IMG/VR virus record: IMGVR_UViG_3300046808_001241
Coordinates: 153,183 to 217,182 of that record
Length of the DNA: 64,000 nt
Strand: one strand, 5' to 3'
A model generated the notes under the pieces. It did no database searches, was not told where the DNA came from, and was given only the letters and a program-made list of their open reading frames with translations. Numbering within the stretch: position 1 is the first letter of the stretch; the number at the start of each line of letters is the position of its first letter. Below are positions 37,214 to 47,777 of the stretch, one piece after another. The position numbers and the translations under genes are program-made.

Positions 37214-39412
37214 TTATACCGCAACAAACCTCGAAGCTTCAACTACTCCAAGTCTAAAATTAGAAATATCTGGATTTCCCAACCCTGCTACTTGAGAAGA
37301 TGTTGCTCTTGGTGCTTGAGGAGACATTTGAGAATTGTTTACTACTACAGGGGCTTGAGCAATTGTTCCAGATTCTTTAAGTGCTTTTGCTAAGTTATTA
37401 AATCCGTTAATAAGATTTGATAAACCTTGATTTGTTGAACCTGTATTGTTTGCAATTTTTTCAAGAATAGTTTCAGCTTTTGCAAACGAGTTACTCTTCA
37501 AAGAAGTTAAGTCAAACTTATTCAAAGGGATGACAGCTTCTGGACCTGCTTCCCCCACTAGAGCTTTTGTAGGCTTAGTGACAACTCCACCTTCAGCCAT
37601 AGCAACGTCAACTTTATCAGTTTTTTCTAAGTAATCATTGACTTTTTTTAAACGACTTTCAGCTGTACGTATTTCTCCTTGAAGTTTAAATATCCTATCT
37701 TCCCTAATTTTGTACTTCTCCATTTCTTGTTTATCGGAGCGGTCTAATTTATTAAAGCTCGTTTGAGCTAACTTTTCTTCTTCTAGCTGTTTGTTTAATG
37801 CACTAAACTCTTCTTCTATTTTTTTCTTTTCTTCTGTACGTTGAGCTTTTTTTTCTTCCGCCCTTTCTTCTATGGGTTGAAATAACCGCTGAGCTTCAGA
37901 AGACGACATAGCATTAAAAAGATCTTCACCTAATTCTGCAGACTTTTTGTCATTTGAGGGCAAATTTTTGTCGACGTTGATTGGAGTTGCAGTTGGAGCA
38001 GAGGCTGTAGTCGATGTGACACCAGCTTCTATTTGTTTGTCGAGCTCGGCTATTTTATTTTCAATGTCACCTTTATTTCTAGTTCTTGGATTTTTTAGTT
38101 GAGCTTCTAATTTTTGCTTCTCTGCTTGTAAATCTTCTTTAGACTTAACAATTGGTAATTGATCGTCAGACATTGGTTCGCTATTTACTTCGTCTGCAAA
38201 GTATTGCATTTCGATATCAGACAAAGCACTAAACTCTTTCCAGAGCTGATACAAGTCATAAGCTGTCCAAATAGTAAAACCAATATTAATTGCTGCTCCT
38301 ACCCACCCAACAACAGGAATAGCTGCCAATCCTGCTGCTGCAGCTAATTTAGTACCAATCTTTGCAAAAATCGAGGGAGCTTTACGTTTTATATAAACCA
38401 TGAACACCCTCCACACTCTAGTTGCTTTAGCTGATGCAACAAGTTTAGTGGCTACTTTTTGACCGGCCATAAAGCCCGTATAACCTGCAACGGTTTGAGC
38501 TCCTTCTATTTTTACGTCTTTCTTTTGAGCCTGTGTTTGAGCTTTAGCTAATTCTGTATCTTTTGCGTTATTTGTTTCTTTCGCTTGCTCAGCAAATTGT
38601 TTTAAATCTTCTGTATTGACTTTTTCGAGCTCTTCGTCTTTTCCAAGTAATTTACCAGTAGCCCAAGAAGCTCCTGCTGCAAGAACTGCTCCTCCTAACA
38701 TACTAGCTAAACCAAGGCCTGCTCGTCTCGGACCTCCTTTTACTGCTGCTGAAGGCTTTCCAGGAGCTCCTGCTTTGGGAGGCTTTCCCGCTTTTCCTTT
38801 TCCGCCTCCAAATAGCGAACTTAAACCTAATGCTTCGAGTATTCCGCCACCTGCACCTCCTGCTTCTTGCTCCTCAACTGCTTTTGCAAGATTTTTGAGA
38901 GTTTTATTGAGATCTTTAGCAAAGTCTTTTAATCCTTCTTTGATTGCTTGAGGCAATACATCTAAGAGAGACTTATTCAAGCTTTCTAAACTATTACCAC
39001 CAAAAGCATCAATGGAAACTGATTGTATTTCTTCTAATTGCTGGAGTTTGGTGTTTTGAGCTTGATCTGCTGGTTTTGAACCAACGTTTTCGACTTTAGC
39101 TGGCTTTTGTTCTTTTGTATCTTTTGCTAGAACGGTAGTGGCAGATGAGAGGGTTGGGCTTTTTTGTTTCGTTGATTCTATTGCTTTTAAAATTTTTTCA
39201 AGAGGCCTGGCAAAAACAGAAGAAAACGTATTTACAAAACTATTTTGAGATTCTAATTTTAACGTTCTTTCTATATTTTGCAGAGACTCTTGCTGTTTGT
39301 ACAACGACTTGGCGATAGATTGGAAAATCTTTACATTTTCTGCGTTTTGCAAATTTGAACGCACAGACGTTTGTTTTAAAGCGTCTATTAAAATTTGATT
39401 TTGATCAGCCAT
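37214..39412 (-). CDS. Tape measure/baseplate hub protein (gp29-like)
   Basis: Coiled-coil and Gly/Ala hydrophobic segments; MAEGGVVTKPTKALVGEAGPEAVIPL motif. Confidence 0.7.
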   Translation of the reverse strand: MADQNQILIDALKQTSVRSNLQNAENVKIFQSIAKSLYKQQESLQNIERTLKLESQNSFVNTFSSVFARPLEKILKAIESTKQKSPTLSSATTVLAKDTKEQKPAKVENVGSKPADQAQNTKLQQLEEIQSVSIDAFGGNSLESLNKSLLDVLPQAIKEGLKDFAKDLNKTLKNLAKAVEEQEAGGAGGGILEALGLSSLFGGGKGKAGKPPKAGAPGKPSAAVKGGPRRAGLGLASMLGGAVLAAGASWATGKLLGKDEELEKVNTEDLKQFAEQAKETNNAKDTELAKAQTQAQKKDVKIEGAQTVAGYTGFMAGQKVATKLVASAKATRVWRVFMVYIKRKAPSIFAKIGTKLAAAAGLAAIPVVGWVGAAINIGFTIWTAYDLYQLWKEFSALSDIEMQYFADEVNSEPMSDDQLPIVKSKEDLQAEKQKLEAQLKNPRTRNKGDIENKIAELDKQIEAGVTSTTASAPTATPINVDKNLPSNDKKSAELGEDLFNAMSSSEAQRLFQPIEERAEEKKAQRTEEKKKIEEEFSALNKQLEEEKLAQTSFNKLDRSDKQEMEKYKIREDRIFKLQGEIRTAESRLKKVNDYLEKTDKVDVAMAEGGVVTKPTKALVGEAGPEAVIPLNKFDLTSLKSNSFAKAETILEKIANNTGSTNQGLSNLINGFNNLAKALKESGTIAQAPVVVNNSQMSPQAPRATSSQVAGLGNPDISNFRLGVVEASRFVAV

Positions 39413-39455
39413 TTTTGTTTATATTACTTAACAAAACAGCTTCAAGATAGGGTTA

Positions 39456-40229
39456 TTAACGAATAGTAAAGAACGTACTATCAATTGCTAAATAAAAACC
39501 ATTAACGATCAAACAACCATCAATCAATGTTTTTTGCTTTTCGATATATTCTGCTAGTTGTTGAACAATTTTAGCTGGTAATTTTTCAAAAATATCTAAG
39601 CGTTCTTTAAATGACATAGAATTGATTTCAATTTGCTTGTCATCGATTGCAACAGTTTTAATGTATTTGACTAATTCGTTTATAAAAGCTTCTCCTAAAA
39701 ATTTTTTTAGTTCATCTGAATCACTAGAATTTACAGAAATATCTTTATAATATTTGTTTAATTCGTGTTCAGTTTGAAGAGAAGGAGTTTCAAGAGTCAG
39801 AGTAACCTTTCCTTCAGTAATTGCTTTTTCTTGAAACAATTCCTTATTGCTTTTAATCGATTGCAAAATTTGTTGTTTTACCGAACTTACATCTATTTCG
39901 GTTTTTGCGTCATCGTCATTTGTAAATTGAATGAGTGGAGAAATAGTTTGAGCACGAGTTTCTAATAAGAATAACAACTTGTCTAAAATGTTTATTTCAT
40001 TAAGAGATGGTTTATTAACGAGAGAGTCTACAAAGATTTTAGTAGTAGTTTCGTTAAAAGCTGATTGAGTAAACGGAGAATCAATTGTTGCTTTAATAAT
40101 TTCCCGAAGTTGGGACGTTGTAAGAGGCTTGCACTTTACTGTTGAGTCATTTGTTAATTCTAGATCAAACGTTTGTTCATTAACAAGTTCGTTCAATAAA
40201 TCATAAAATTCTTTGTTTTCTTGACTCAT
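39456..40229 (-). CDS. Baseplate hub assembly chaperone (gp26/gp51-like)
   Basis: KCKPLT..Q.REI; LDKLLFLLETRAQT; module context. Confidence 0.6.
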   Translation of the reverse strand: MSQENKEFYDLLNELVNEQTFDLELTNDSTVKCKPLTTSQLREIIKATIDSPFTQSAFNETTTKIFVDSLVNKPSLNEINILDKLLFLLETRAQTISPLIQFTNDDDAKTEIDVSSVKQQILQSIKSNKELFQEKAITEGKVTLTLETPSLQTEHELNKYYKDISVNSSDSDELKKFLGEAFINELVKYIKTVAIDDKQIEINSMSFKERLDIFEKLPAKIVQQLAEYIEKQKTLIDGCLIVNGFYLAIDSTFFTIR

Positions 40230-40237
40230 ACCGGTAT

Positions 40238-41137
40238 TTAGTTTTGTTCTTCAAACATTCCACTGTCATCAAACCCCTCATCTGAAGCATCTTGAATGTC
40301 TTGATCTGAAGATGTATCTGGAGATCTTGCTTTCAGAGATTGTTCTAGCTTGCGGACCATATATGTATATTCCCCCGGACTTAGCGTTTCTACATAACTT
40401 AAATCCAAATGTCCTAGATGAGATAGATAAAACAAATTATCATAGAATACATCCAAAGGCTCGTTAAAAAGAAGTTTTGTAAACCAAATTAAAGATTCTA
40501 AAGAAGGTGTAAACGTTAGAGTTTGATCCACTCCATATTTTTTAAGAAAGTTGTTTTTTGCAGATTTAATAAAAAAATCTTCAAAACAATCTATAAATTG
40601 TAACGCGAGCTTGGGAGGAAGATTATCAAACACATTTGTTGCTTCTGTATTTGTTTTAAACTCGAACGATTTATTTTTAATGCAAACTTCATTTAAAAAA
40701 TAAATGTATTCGTCTTTTACTCCTTCTTCACACAATCTTGCTAAAGAAGGACTGTTGAATCGTATTTGGATATTATTGTCTGCCAACTGTATTTCACTAA
40801 ATGGTTTATAAAATTCGATAATACTATTTTTGATATAGTTTAAATCTAACTCCAGGCCCATTTGCTTTTCGTCTTTTGTAACAGAAAGTTTTATCGAATC
40901 TCCTTGAGAGTTAATTCTTAATTGCAAAACAATTAAAAGAATATCAACAACCGACATTTGCTTGATTTGTTCAGAAGGCTTGTTAAGCAAAGAGCTAAAG
41001 ATATCAGAAACAGTTTCGCAGAAGATATCTTTGTCGGGCTCATCGCCAAACGAACACTTTAGCAATTCTTTATACTGCTTTATGTTCAACTCAGAACAAA
41101 AAAACTTGTCTGATAATGTTTCTATGGAAAACTTCAC
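40238..41137 (-). CDS. Baseplate hub assembly chaperone (gp26+gp51-like)
   Basis: DILLIVLQLRINSQGD; C-terminal FYLSHLGHLDLSYVETLSP.EY. Confidence 0.65.
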   Translation of the reverse strand: MKFSIETLSDKFFCSELNIKQYKELLKCSFGDEPDKDIFCETVSDIFSSLLNKPSEQIKQMSVVDILLIVLQLRINSQGDSIKLSVTKDEKQMGLELDLNYIKNSIIEFYKPFSEIQLADNNIQIRFNSPSLARLCEEGVKDEYIYFLNEVCIKNKSFEFKTNTEATNVFDNLPPKLALQFIDCFEDFFIKSAKNNFLKKYGVDQTLTFTPSLESLIWFTKLLFNEPLDVFYDNLFYLSHLGHLDLSYVETLSPGEYTYMVRKLEQSLKARSPDTSSDQDIQDASDEGFDDSGMFEEQN

Positions 41138-41147
41138 TTATAGGGAC

Positions 41148-41972
41148 TTATTGCCCCGCTACTTGATTTCCTACTGCTTCTGGAGAAAGACTTATCCTTT
41201 CTTCGGAAGTAAGAGAAATATTAGGCCTGTATTCTGGCTGATATTGCATCATTGGAGCGTTTACCGGAGTTGCTACTTCAACCCTACCGTTCATTGTTAT
41301 TTCCGGAGAGTTTCCAGATTCTGTATCGACGGTATAGTTGTTGTAAACAAACCTTGCCTCCCTTAGCACTGGAGAAGTAACCGGTCCGTATTGATACTCT
41401 TCTTCAGAAACTCCAATACAGCAAATGTCTTTGAACTTCATTGTCTGAATAATGAACGGACCTTTTGGAGTAATTGCGAACTTATGACAAGTCAGATTCG
41501 TTCTATACTTTATATCAGACCGCATTATCAAACCAAAATTAGCTGTTGCTAATGACCAACCTCTGAGAAACGAATCCGCAAACGAAACGTTTGTGTCAAG
41601 AAATGTCATCCGCATAATAGGTAAATCGTTTCGACCAGCACCTACATATGAACGAAGAAACCCATTGTATTTTATGTTTCCTTCTACAATAGCTTCTGTT
41701 CCATCCCCAGGCAAACCAACTGCTTGACAGAACATACAACCTCTGTTCTTTTGATAGTAATCTGTCAATATTGTGCTTGCTGTATCGAGTGTTGCCCACT
41801 TACCAATATTGTTTGGTTCGTAGTCATATGCTTTTTGAATTGCACTTACGAGGCTGCCAAGATCATCAAAAGAAACAATCCATTGAGCTCCTTTGGGAAT
41901 TGCAGACGCAGGACGAGTTAAAAATCCTTGAAGGAACTCGTAAGCGTTTTGTTTAACAAGATCAGTAGCCAT
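41148..41972 (-). CDS. Tail tube-fold protein (gp54/gp19-like)
   Basis: CQAVGLPG, MRMTFLDTN, FKDICCIGVS...Y motifs. Confidence 0.6.
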   Translation of the reverse strand: MATDLVKQNAYEFLQGFLTRPASAIPKGAQWIVSFDDLGSLVSAIQKAYDYEPNNIGKWATLDTASTILTDYYQKNRGCMFCQAVGLPGDGTEAIVEGNIKYNGFLRSYVGAGRNDLPIMRMTFLDTNVSFADSFLRGWSLATANFGLIMRSDIKYRTNLTCHKFAITPKGPFIIQTMKFKDICCIGVSEEEYQYGPVTSPVLREARFVYNNYTVDTESGNSPEITMNGRVEVATPVNAPMMQYQPEYRPNISLTSEERISLSPEAVGNQVAGQ

Positions 41973-41991
41973 CTTATAAGCTACTTAAGGT

Positions 41992-42471
41992 TTAAACCTT
42001 TGGCAAAGCAGATTGTTCAGCACCAGGTTGGGCTTCTGCTCCTTCGGAAGGAGGCATTTGATCCACAGCAGCTTCCGGTGCAAGACCCTTCATAGCAGAA
42101 GTTTTAATGTATTCAACAACATCATCAAAGATCGTTTCAAGCATTGAGTTCGTAAACTCTTTTTGTTCTTCAGGCTTTTCGAGATTGATTGCAGTGACAG
42201 AGAATGATTCAGAATCCGATTCTTGTTTGACCTTAAGCTTCATTGCAGGAAGACTTTGTTCCTGAGTGTCTAAAGTAATTTCCTTGACGTTGTTTGGCTG
42301 ACTGGCAACTTGCTTAACCATAGTTTCAACGTCTTTAGTTTTTGAAACATAATCGTTATCCTTAAGAATTTTGATAAGTGAACGAAGGTTATCCTCAAAC
42401 GTAGCATCAACATATTCCCGTTCGTGGAGGGCACACATAGCCTTTTCAAAAATCAGATCAAATTTCTTCAT
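41992..42471 (-). CDS. Hypothetical acidic protein, possibly head-packaged
   Basis: Start reassigned to MKKFDLIFE (42471); TAAATA 5 nt upstream, overlapping the clpC stop. Confidence 0.7.
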   Translation of the reverse strand: MKKFDLIFEKAMCALHEREYVDATFEDNLRSLIKILKDNDYVSKTKDVETMVKQVASQPNNVKEITLDTQEQSLPAMKLKVKQESDSESFSVTAINLEKPEEQKEFTNSMLETIFDDVVEYIKTSAMKGLAPEAAVDQMPPSEGAEAQPGAEQSALPKV

Positions 42472-42475
42472 GGAA

Positions 42476-44965
42476 TTATTTAATGGTTTTGGACGAATTT
42501 TTGACAGAAGAAAATGATATTGCATCATTCTTGATAGTCACTTTAATCTTCGAGCCGTTTGTGAACTTGCCTTCCAACAAGCAGTCAGCTAGAGGATCTT
42601 CAATATATTTTTCAATTGACCTACGAAGCTGTCTTGCTCCGTACTTTGAACTGTAACCTTTTTCGAAAAGAAAGTCATAAACCTTAGTATCAAAGACCAA
42701 TTCCATATTCTTTTCCTTTAGACGATCTGATACTTTGTCGACTTCAAGCTTTACAATCTTGGAAATATCTTCCTTTGTTAAAGAGCGGAAGACAATAATA
42801 CTACTCAAACGATTTATAAACTCTGGTTTAAAGTGCCTCTTTGCTTCTTCTGACATCTTCTGAGCTGTGTCTTCGTGAGTATCATTTTCTGCAACTGGAG
42901 CTCCGAATCCAAGAGTAGTTTGTTTTTTAATCAACTCTGCTCCAAGGTTGGAGGTCATAATGATAATAGTATTTCGGAAATCAATCTTCCGTCCAAGCGA
43001 ATCCGTAACATTACCTTGCTCCAGAATTTGAAGAAGAATATTCACAACGTCCGGATGAGCCTTTTCAATTTCATCAAAGAGTACTACCGAATACGGACGG
43101 CGTCTTACTTGTTCAGTTAGTTGTCCTCCTTCTTCATAACCAATATAGCCTGGAGCTGCTCCAATAAGTCTGGTCAAAGAAATCTTGTCCATGTATTCAG
43201 ACATATCGAATTGGATCAAGCAGTCTTTAGATCCAAACATATATTCAGCAATCGTGCGAGTAAGAAATGTCTTTCCAACGCCTGTCGGACCCAGAAACAA
43301 AAACGAACCGATTGGTCGATTTGGATCTTTCAAATTGACTCTTGCTCGTTTGATTGCCTTCACTACAGCATCCACAGCTTCGTCTTGACCAATCACATGC
43401 TTCTGCAAAGTCTTGTGCATGTCGATCAGTTTTGCAGATTCTTTCTGATCAATCTTTGTTACAGGAATGCCAGTCCACTTAGACAAGACGTGCGCAATGT
43501 CTTCCCGTGTTACATCTACAACAATTTCGTGTTGGTTCTTTTTCCATTGATCAATCGTTTCTGTTAGTTTTGATTTGAGTTTGTTTTCTTCATCCCTCAG
43601 CAAAGCAGCTTTTTCAAACTCTTGATTTTTAATTGCTTGCTGCTTTTCTTCATCAATCCGTTTGACAGACTCTTCGAGTTCTTTAGTAATTGGTTGCTTA
43701 ACCGTAGCTGCAATTCTAGCCTTTGCTCCAGCTTCATCCATCAGGTCAATTGCCTTGTCAGGAAGAAAGCGATTTGTAATGTACCTGTCGGATAGAATGG
43801 CGGATTCTTCCAAAGCTTCGTCAGAAAACTTAGCTTTATGATGCTCTTCGTACTTTGGTCTAATTCCCTTCAAGATTTGAATAGTGTCTTTTACAGAAGG
43901 AGGTTCGACAGAAACTTGCTGGAACCTTCTTTCCAGAGCACTATCCTTTTCAATATACTTCCTGTACTCAGTTACTGTAGTTGCTCCAATACATTGCAAC
44001 AACCCCCTACTCAATGCAGGCTTGATCATATTAGAAGCATCCATCGTTCCTTCTGCAGAACCAGCTCCAACAATTGTATGCAGCTCGTCAATGAATAGAA
44101 TTATGTTCTTATCCTCTTCAATTTCTTTCATGACACCTTTGAGACGCTCTTCAAACTGTCCTCTGTACTTTGTCCCAGCAACCATCAAAGCCATGTCGAG
44201 AGCAATGATCTTTTTGTTTTTGAGAATTTCAGGAACCCTTTCTTCTGCAATTTCGATAGCAAGACCTTCTGCAATTGCTGTTTTACCCACTCCCGCTTCC
44301 CCAACGAGGACAGGATTGTTCTTGGACCTCCTGCAAAGGATTTGAATGACCCGCTCGATTTCATCTGCTCGACCGACTACTGGATCAAGCTTGTGTTCTT
44401 TTGCTTCGTCTGTTAGATTCCTTCCGTATGCTTTAAGGTTTGGAGTCTTCTTATTTGACTTCTTGGTTGTGTTTTGTTTTGGAGGACCGGCAGCCACTGG
44501 TTCTTTTTTGTTATAGTTAGGATCCAACTCAGCAAGAATTTCCTCGCGAGCTAGTTCCAAATCAATATCAAGCTGGTTTAGAACATATACAGCAAGACCA
44601 TCGCCTTCTGCAAGAAGTCCCAACAACAAGTGTTCCGTGCCAATATAAGAATGGCCCATGTCCTTTGCTTCTTTTTCCGCAAGACGGAACACTCTTTCTA
44701 GTCGAGGAGTAGCAGTCGGTATTTCGTTTTTTGGAGACGTTTGAGTATCTGCATCCTCAAGTTCTTTATGAATAGCTTTCTTAATATCTTCAAAGCTTGC
44801 TCCCATCTTCTGCAATACACTTACAGCAATTCCTTGGTTTAATTTAAGTAGTCCAAGGAGCAAATGTTCCGTGCCCACATAATCGTGGTTCATTTGCCTT
44901 GCTTCTTTTTGAGATTGGTTGATTGCTTCAACGGCTCTTGGCGTAAAATTATTAGGAAAATCCAT
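42476..44965 (-). CDS. clpC: ATP-dependent Clp protease ATP-binding subunit ClpC
   Basis: Double Clp-N (GTEHLLLGLL x2), NBD1 GEAGVGKT, UVR middle domain (QEFEKAALLRDEE), NBD2 GPTGVGKT, IGAAPGYIGY. Confidence 0.95.
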   Translation of the reverse strand: MDFPNNFTPRAVEAINQSQKEARQMNHDYVGTEHLLLGLLKLNQGIAVSVLQKMGASFEDIKKAIHKELEDADTQTSPKNEIPTATPRLERVFRLAEKEAKDMGHSYIGTEHLLLGLLAEGDGLAVYVLNQLDIDLELAREEILAELDPNYNKKEPVAAGPPKQNTTKKSNKKTPNLKAYGRNLTDEAKEHKLDPVVGRADEIERVIQILCRRSKNNPVLVGEAGVGKTAIAEGLAIEIAEERVPEILKNKKIIALDMALMVAGTKYRGQFEERLKGVMKEIEEDKNIILFIDELHTIVGAGSAEGTMDASNMIKPALSRGLLQCIGATTVTEYRKYIEKDSALERRFQQVSVEPPSVKDTIQILKGIRPKYEEHHKAKFSDEALEESAILSDRYITNRFLPDKAIDLMDEAGAKARIAATVKQPITKELEESVKRIDEEKQQAIKNQEFEKAALLRDEENKLKSKLTETIDQWKKNQHEIVVDVTREDIAHVLSKWTGIPVTKIDQKESAKLIDMHKTLQKHVIGQDEAVDAVVKAIKRARVNLKDPNRPIGSFLFLGPTGVGKTFLTRTIAEYMFGSKDCLIQFDMSEYMDKISLTRLIGAAPGYIGYEEGGQLTEQVRRRPYSVVLFDEIEKAHPDVVNILLQILEQGNVTDSLGRKIDFRNTIIIMTSNLGAELIKKQTTLGFGAPVAENDTHEDTAQKMSEEAKRHFKPEFINRLSSIIVFRSLTKEDISKIVKLEVDKVSDRLKEKNMELVFDTKVYDFLFEKGYSSKYGARQLRRSIEKYIEDPLADCLLEGKFTNGSKIKVTIKNDAISFSSVKNSSKTIK

Positions 44966-44973
44966 GCCAAGCT

Positions 44974-45001
44974 ATCCTAAAACAACATGGAGATATGTCA
45001 A
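44974..45001 (-). promoter_or_regulatory. Sigma70-like promoter of clpC
   Basis: TTGACA-16-TAGGAT on minus strand, ATG 8 nt downstream. Confidence 0.6.
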
Positions 45002-45170
45002 CCTCGTAACGATAATTACATCTGTGTTAAACTTTATTGATGTTCTTTTAAAAAATAGTTCTTCGCTGCAAGCGAAGATCTATACGGCTGCTTCCAAAGC
45101 TGCAGAAAATCCTGCTATTGGAATTACAATTATTAATCCTGCTGCATCCCATGTCATCAAAGACTGTGCA

Positions 45171-45503
45171 ATGATTACAATGAAGTGTTTGCCTTTGTAT
45201 GTATTTGCGGAATATAAAGAACCTTTCAAAGAACTTTGTGGAAAATTTACCAAGAAAGACATCAACGAATTTGTAGAAGAGACAAAGAGCGATTCTGTAT
45301 TAAATCTTCTTTTGACAGCAATCCTAGCAAGAGCTCAAAAAGAAATGCCGAATATTTTTAAGCCAACAAAAGTAGCAGAAGCTCCTCTTAATGTTCTTGG
45401 AGATGGAATCGATCCTTACGGTGGCTACTACTCAGAGCAAGTTGTCGTGGAGACTAAAGAACGTTCTACGGAAGAAATATTGCAAGAAGCATTCAAGTGT
45501 TGA
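45171..45503 (+). CDS. Hypothetical protein (start uncertain)
   Basis: C-terminal part of ORF 44919-45503 looks protein-like; overlaps the convergent nucleotidase 3' end. Confidence 0.4.
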   Translation: MITMKCLPLYVFAEYKEPFKELCGKFTKKDINEFVEETKSDSVLNLLLTAILARAQKEMPNIFKPTKVAEAPLNVLGDGIDPYGGYYSEQVVVETKERSTEEILQEAFKC

Positions 45504-46012
45504 GTGATGTAGTTTGAGACTTGTTCCGAGCTGTTAAAGTCAATTGCCTTGCACTTGATTGGAGTTCCTCCCTTTTGTTCCCATCTTTCCAAGAAGTCGT
45601 GCCAGTCATCAATTAATATATTTCCTGAAGCTCTTCCGTTTGCACTCTTGTCTTGTACAAGCAGTATATCTTTAGGAGGACAGAATGCTAAATGCTTTTC
45701 AACCCATTTGATCTTTGCTCGCTTTGATCCATTTATATCCAACTTGCAAGGACGAGAGAGGATTGTATATTCCCCAGCAAAGTCCACGACTGCTTTGATC
45801 AGAGCTTCGTTGAATGGAAACGGTTCCAGGTCTTCAAACATTTGTTCCGCTCCTTCTGGAAATGTATGGTCGAAGTACGTTTTATTTCGAAAGTACATTC
45901 GCAGAATAGCTAACTGATTTTCATTCAACTCCACGAACTTCTTTTGAAACATTCGGAGTGTCATATAATCATACAGATTAGCAAGCACTCCATCCATATC
46001 TACGTAAATCAT
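45428..46012 (-). CDS. 5'(3')-deoxyribonucleotidase, HAD family
   Basis: IYVDMDGVLAN, ILSRP, K..W, ILIDDW. Confidence 0.85.
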   Translation of the reverse strand: MIYVDMDGVLANLYDYMTLRMFQKKFVELNENQLAILRMYFRNKTYFDHTFPEGAEQMFEDLEPFPFNEALIKAVVDFAGEYTILSRPCKLDINGSKRAKIKWVEKHLAFCPPKDILLVQDKSANGRASGNILIDDWHDFLERWEQKGGTPIKCKAIDFNSSEQVSNYITQHLNASCNISSVERSLVSTTTCSE

Positions 46013-46668
46013 TTTGAAGCTACTAGTAGAGTTGTATTGCCTTGTTTTTCTGAAATTGTATCAACGAAAACGTTTGGAAAGTTTTTACTATACATCGTTT
46101 CAATAATTCTTTTATACAATTTCAGCCGTTTAGATTCAGAGTTATCCACCCTAATAACAAATCCTCTTAGATTAGTTCTACCATAAAAGCTTTGATTAAT
46201 TGCTCGTTCAATACCTCTAAACAGTTCTACGGAATAAATTCCAGTTGTTCCTGTCAACTTTGTACCAGAGCTTTCATCCACAAACATAACATAAGCCATT
46301 TGTTCGTTATTTTTTAAATCTTTAAAGTTGTTCTTATAATTGTCAGAAACGGTATTGTCATACTTGGCTGTGTTCATCTGGTTTCCAACAAGAAACTGCT
46401 TTGTAAGATCTGATGTGATAAAATTAATCTTCACAAAAAACTTCTGACCGTTCTTTAAAACAATTTCGTAAACATCTTCTTCGCCATGTTCCGTCTTCTT
46501 TCCTTTTTCAATTTGTTCAATGCTTTCAAACAACCAAGCCGAGCTGCTATTCAAAAAGAAATCATCAGAAAGAACTTCATCAAGGTTGGACTCATTTATC
46601 AAAGCTTCAATATCTTTCATCTTTTGATAGATGTCCTCCAAAGTCAAATTGTACGAATAAGGTTTCAC
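46009..46668 (-). CDS. Hypothetical protein
   Basis: 219 aa ORF coupled to the nucleotidase gene. Confidence 0.7.
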   Translation of the reverse strand: MKPYSYNLTLEDIYQKMKDIEALINESNLDEVLSDDFFLNSSSAWLFESIEQIEKGKKTEHGEEDVYEIVLKNGQKFFVKINFITSDLTKQFLVGNQMNTAKYDNTVSDNYKNNFKDLKNNEQMAYVMFVDESSGTKLTGTTGIYSVELFRGIERAINQSFYGRTNLRGFVIRVDNSESKRLKLYKRIIETMYSKNFPNVFVDTISEKQGNTTLLVASK

Positions 46669-46820
46669 GAGAAAATATTCTAAAAGATTTTTGTTGATTG
46701 TCCACTAAGAATTTTGTAACGTTTAGCAAAGAACTATTTTTTGATATTGGACAAGCTGATTATTTTTCAGTTGTGTTGTCCATTTGTTTTATTGATTATA
46801 TTTGCATAGTCAAACAACAC

Positions 46821-47735
46821 ATGAACGTACTCAATATCAACTCCGCTAACAAGAACTTTACGCGAGCTCAAGACGTTGTCATTCCGGAAATATACGGACG
46901 GCGCTTCAAGACTGGTTATGGAGCTCTTGATGAGCTATTCGGCAATCAAGGATTTATTCCTGGTCAGATGATTACTGTTGCAGCTGGAGCAGGAACCGGA
47001 AAATCTTGCTTTTTGCTGCAGATGATGCAAGCTCTTGAAAATGTTGGTAAGCGCACTGCCTACATTTCCGGAGAAGAGAATTTAGAACAAGTTTCGTTTA
47101 CTTGCAAACGCCTTGGAGTTAGCACAGTTCCTCTTGCAAACATGACCGACATCGATGAGATTGAGCAAGCTGTGGTTGAGCACAAGATCGAGTTTCTTGT
47201 TCTTGATTCATATCCAACTCTGACAACTAAGAAGAAAATGAATCTTCGTCAGAAAGAAGAGTATATTGTTGGACGTCTTGTTCGCATCGCAAAAGAGAAT
47301 GAAGCTTGCATTGCAATTGTGCTTCATATGAATAAAGATGGCAAAACATTTCGCGGAACGACTTTACTCAACCACTCGATTGATACTTTCTTGACTATTG
47401 GTAAGAATCCTGATGATATGCACCTTCGAGACTTTATGATTCATAAGAATCGTTTTGGAGGTGGTTCGTTTGTATCTTTTGAGTTCGGAGTTCAAGGTTA
47501 TACTTTTGAAGCTGTGGAGGATACTTCAAATGAAACTCCAATGACGAAGACTAAGAAGACTTCCAAAGCTGATATTATTCTTGGAGCTTTGACTACTCCG
47601 AAGACTGCTGCACAGATTGTTGAAGAGACAAATGTTGGAGGAGCATATCTTACTTCAATTTTGAGAGAGCTCGTTACTCAAGGCAAAGCTGAGAAGAACG
47701 GTCGTGGAGCAGAAGCAACTTACATCAAAAAATAA
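46821..47735 (+). CDS. RadA/Sms-like RecA-fold ATPase with C-terminal HTH-like region
   Basis: KTGYGALDELFG, AGAGTGKS, YISGEE, LVLDS, KNRFG; start reassigned to MNVLN. Confidence 0.8.
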   Translation: MNVLNINSANKNFTRAQDVVIPEIYGRRFKTGYGALDELFGNQGFIPGQMITVAAGAGTGKSCFLLQMMQALENVGKRTAYISGEENLEQVSFTCKRLGVSTVPLANMTDIDEIEQAVVEHKIEFLVLDSYPTLTTKKKMNLRQKEEYIVGRLVRIAKENEACIAIVLHMNKDGKTFRGTTLLNHSIDTFLTIGKNPDDMHLRDFMIHKNRFGGGSFVSFEFGVQGYTFEAVEDTSNETPMTKTKKTSKADIILGALTTPKTAAQIVEETNVGGAYLTSILRELVTQGKAEKNGRGAEATYIKK

Positions 47736-47777
47736 TTTGTTGACTAGTTTTAAAACTTAAACTATTATATCAAAATT

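Noticed and set aside
42875-44345. Several plus-strand ORFs opposite clpC (similar ones lie opposite other long genes)
   Set aside because: Antisense shadows without promoters or recognisable motifs
44919-45170. N-terminal part of the plus ORF sharing a CATG with the clpC start
   Set aside because: It overlaps the clpC promoter and looks like a chance open frame; a downstream start is more plausible
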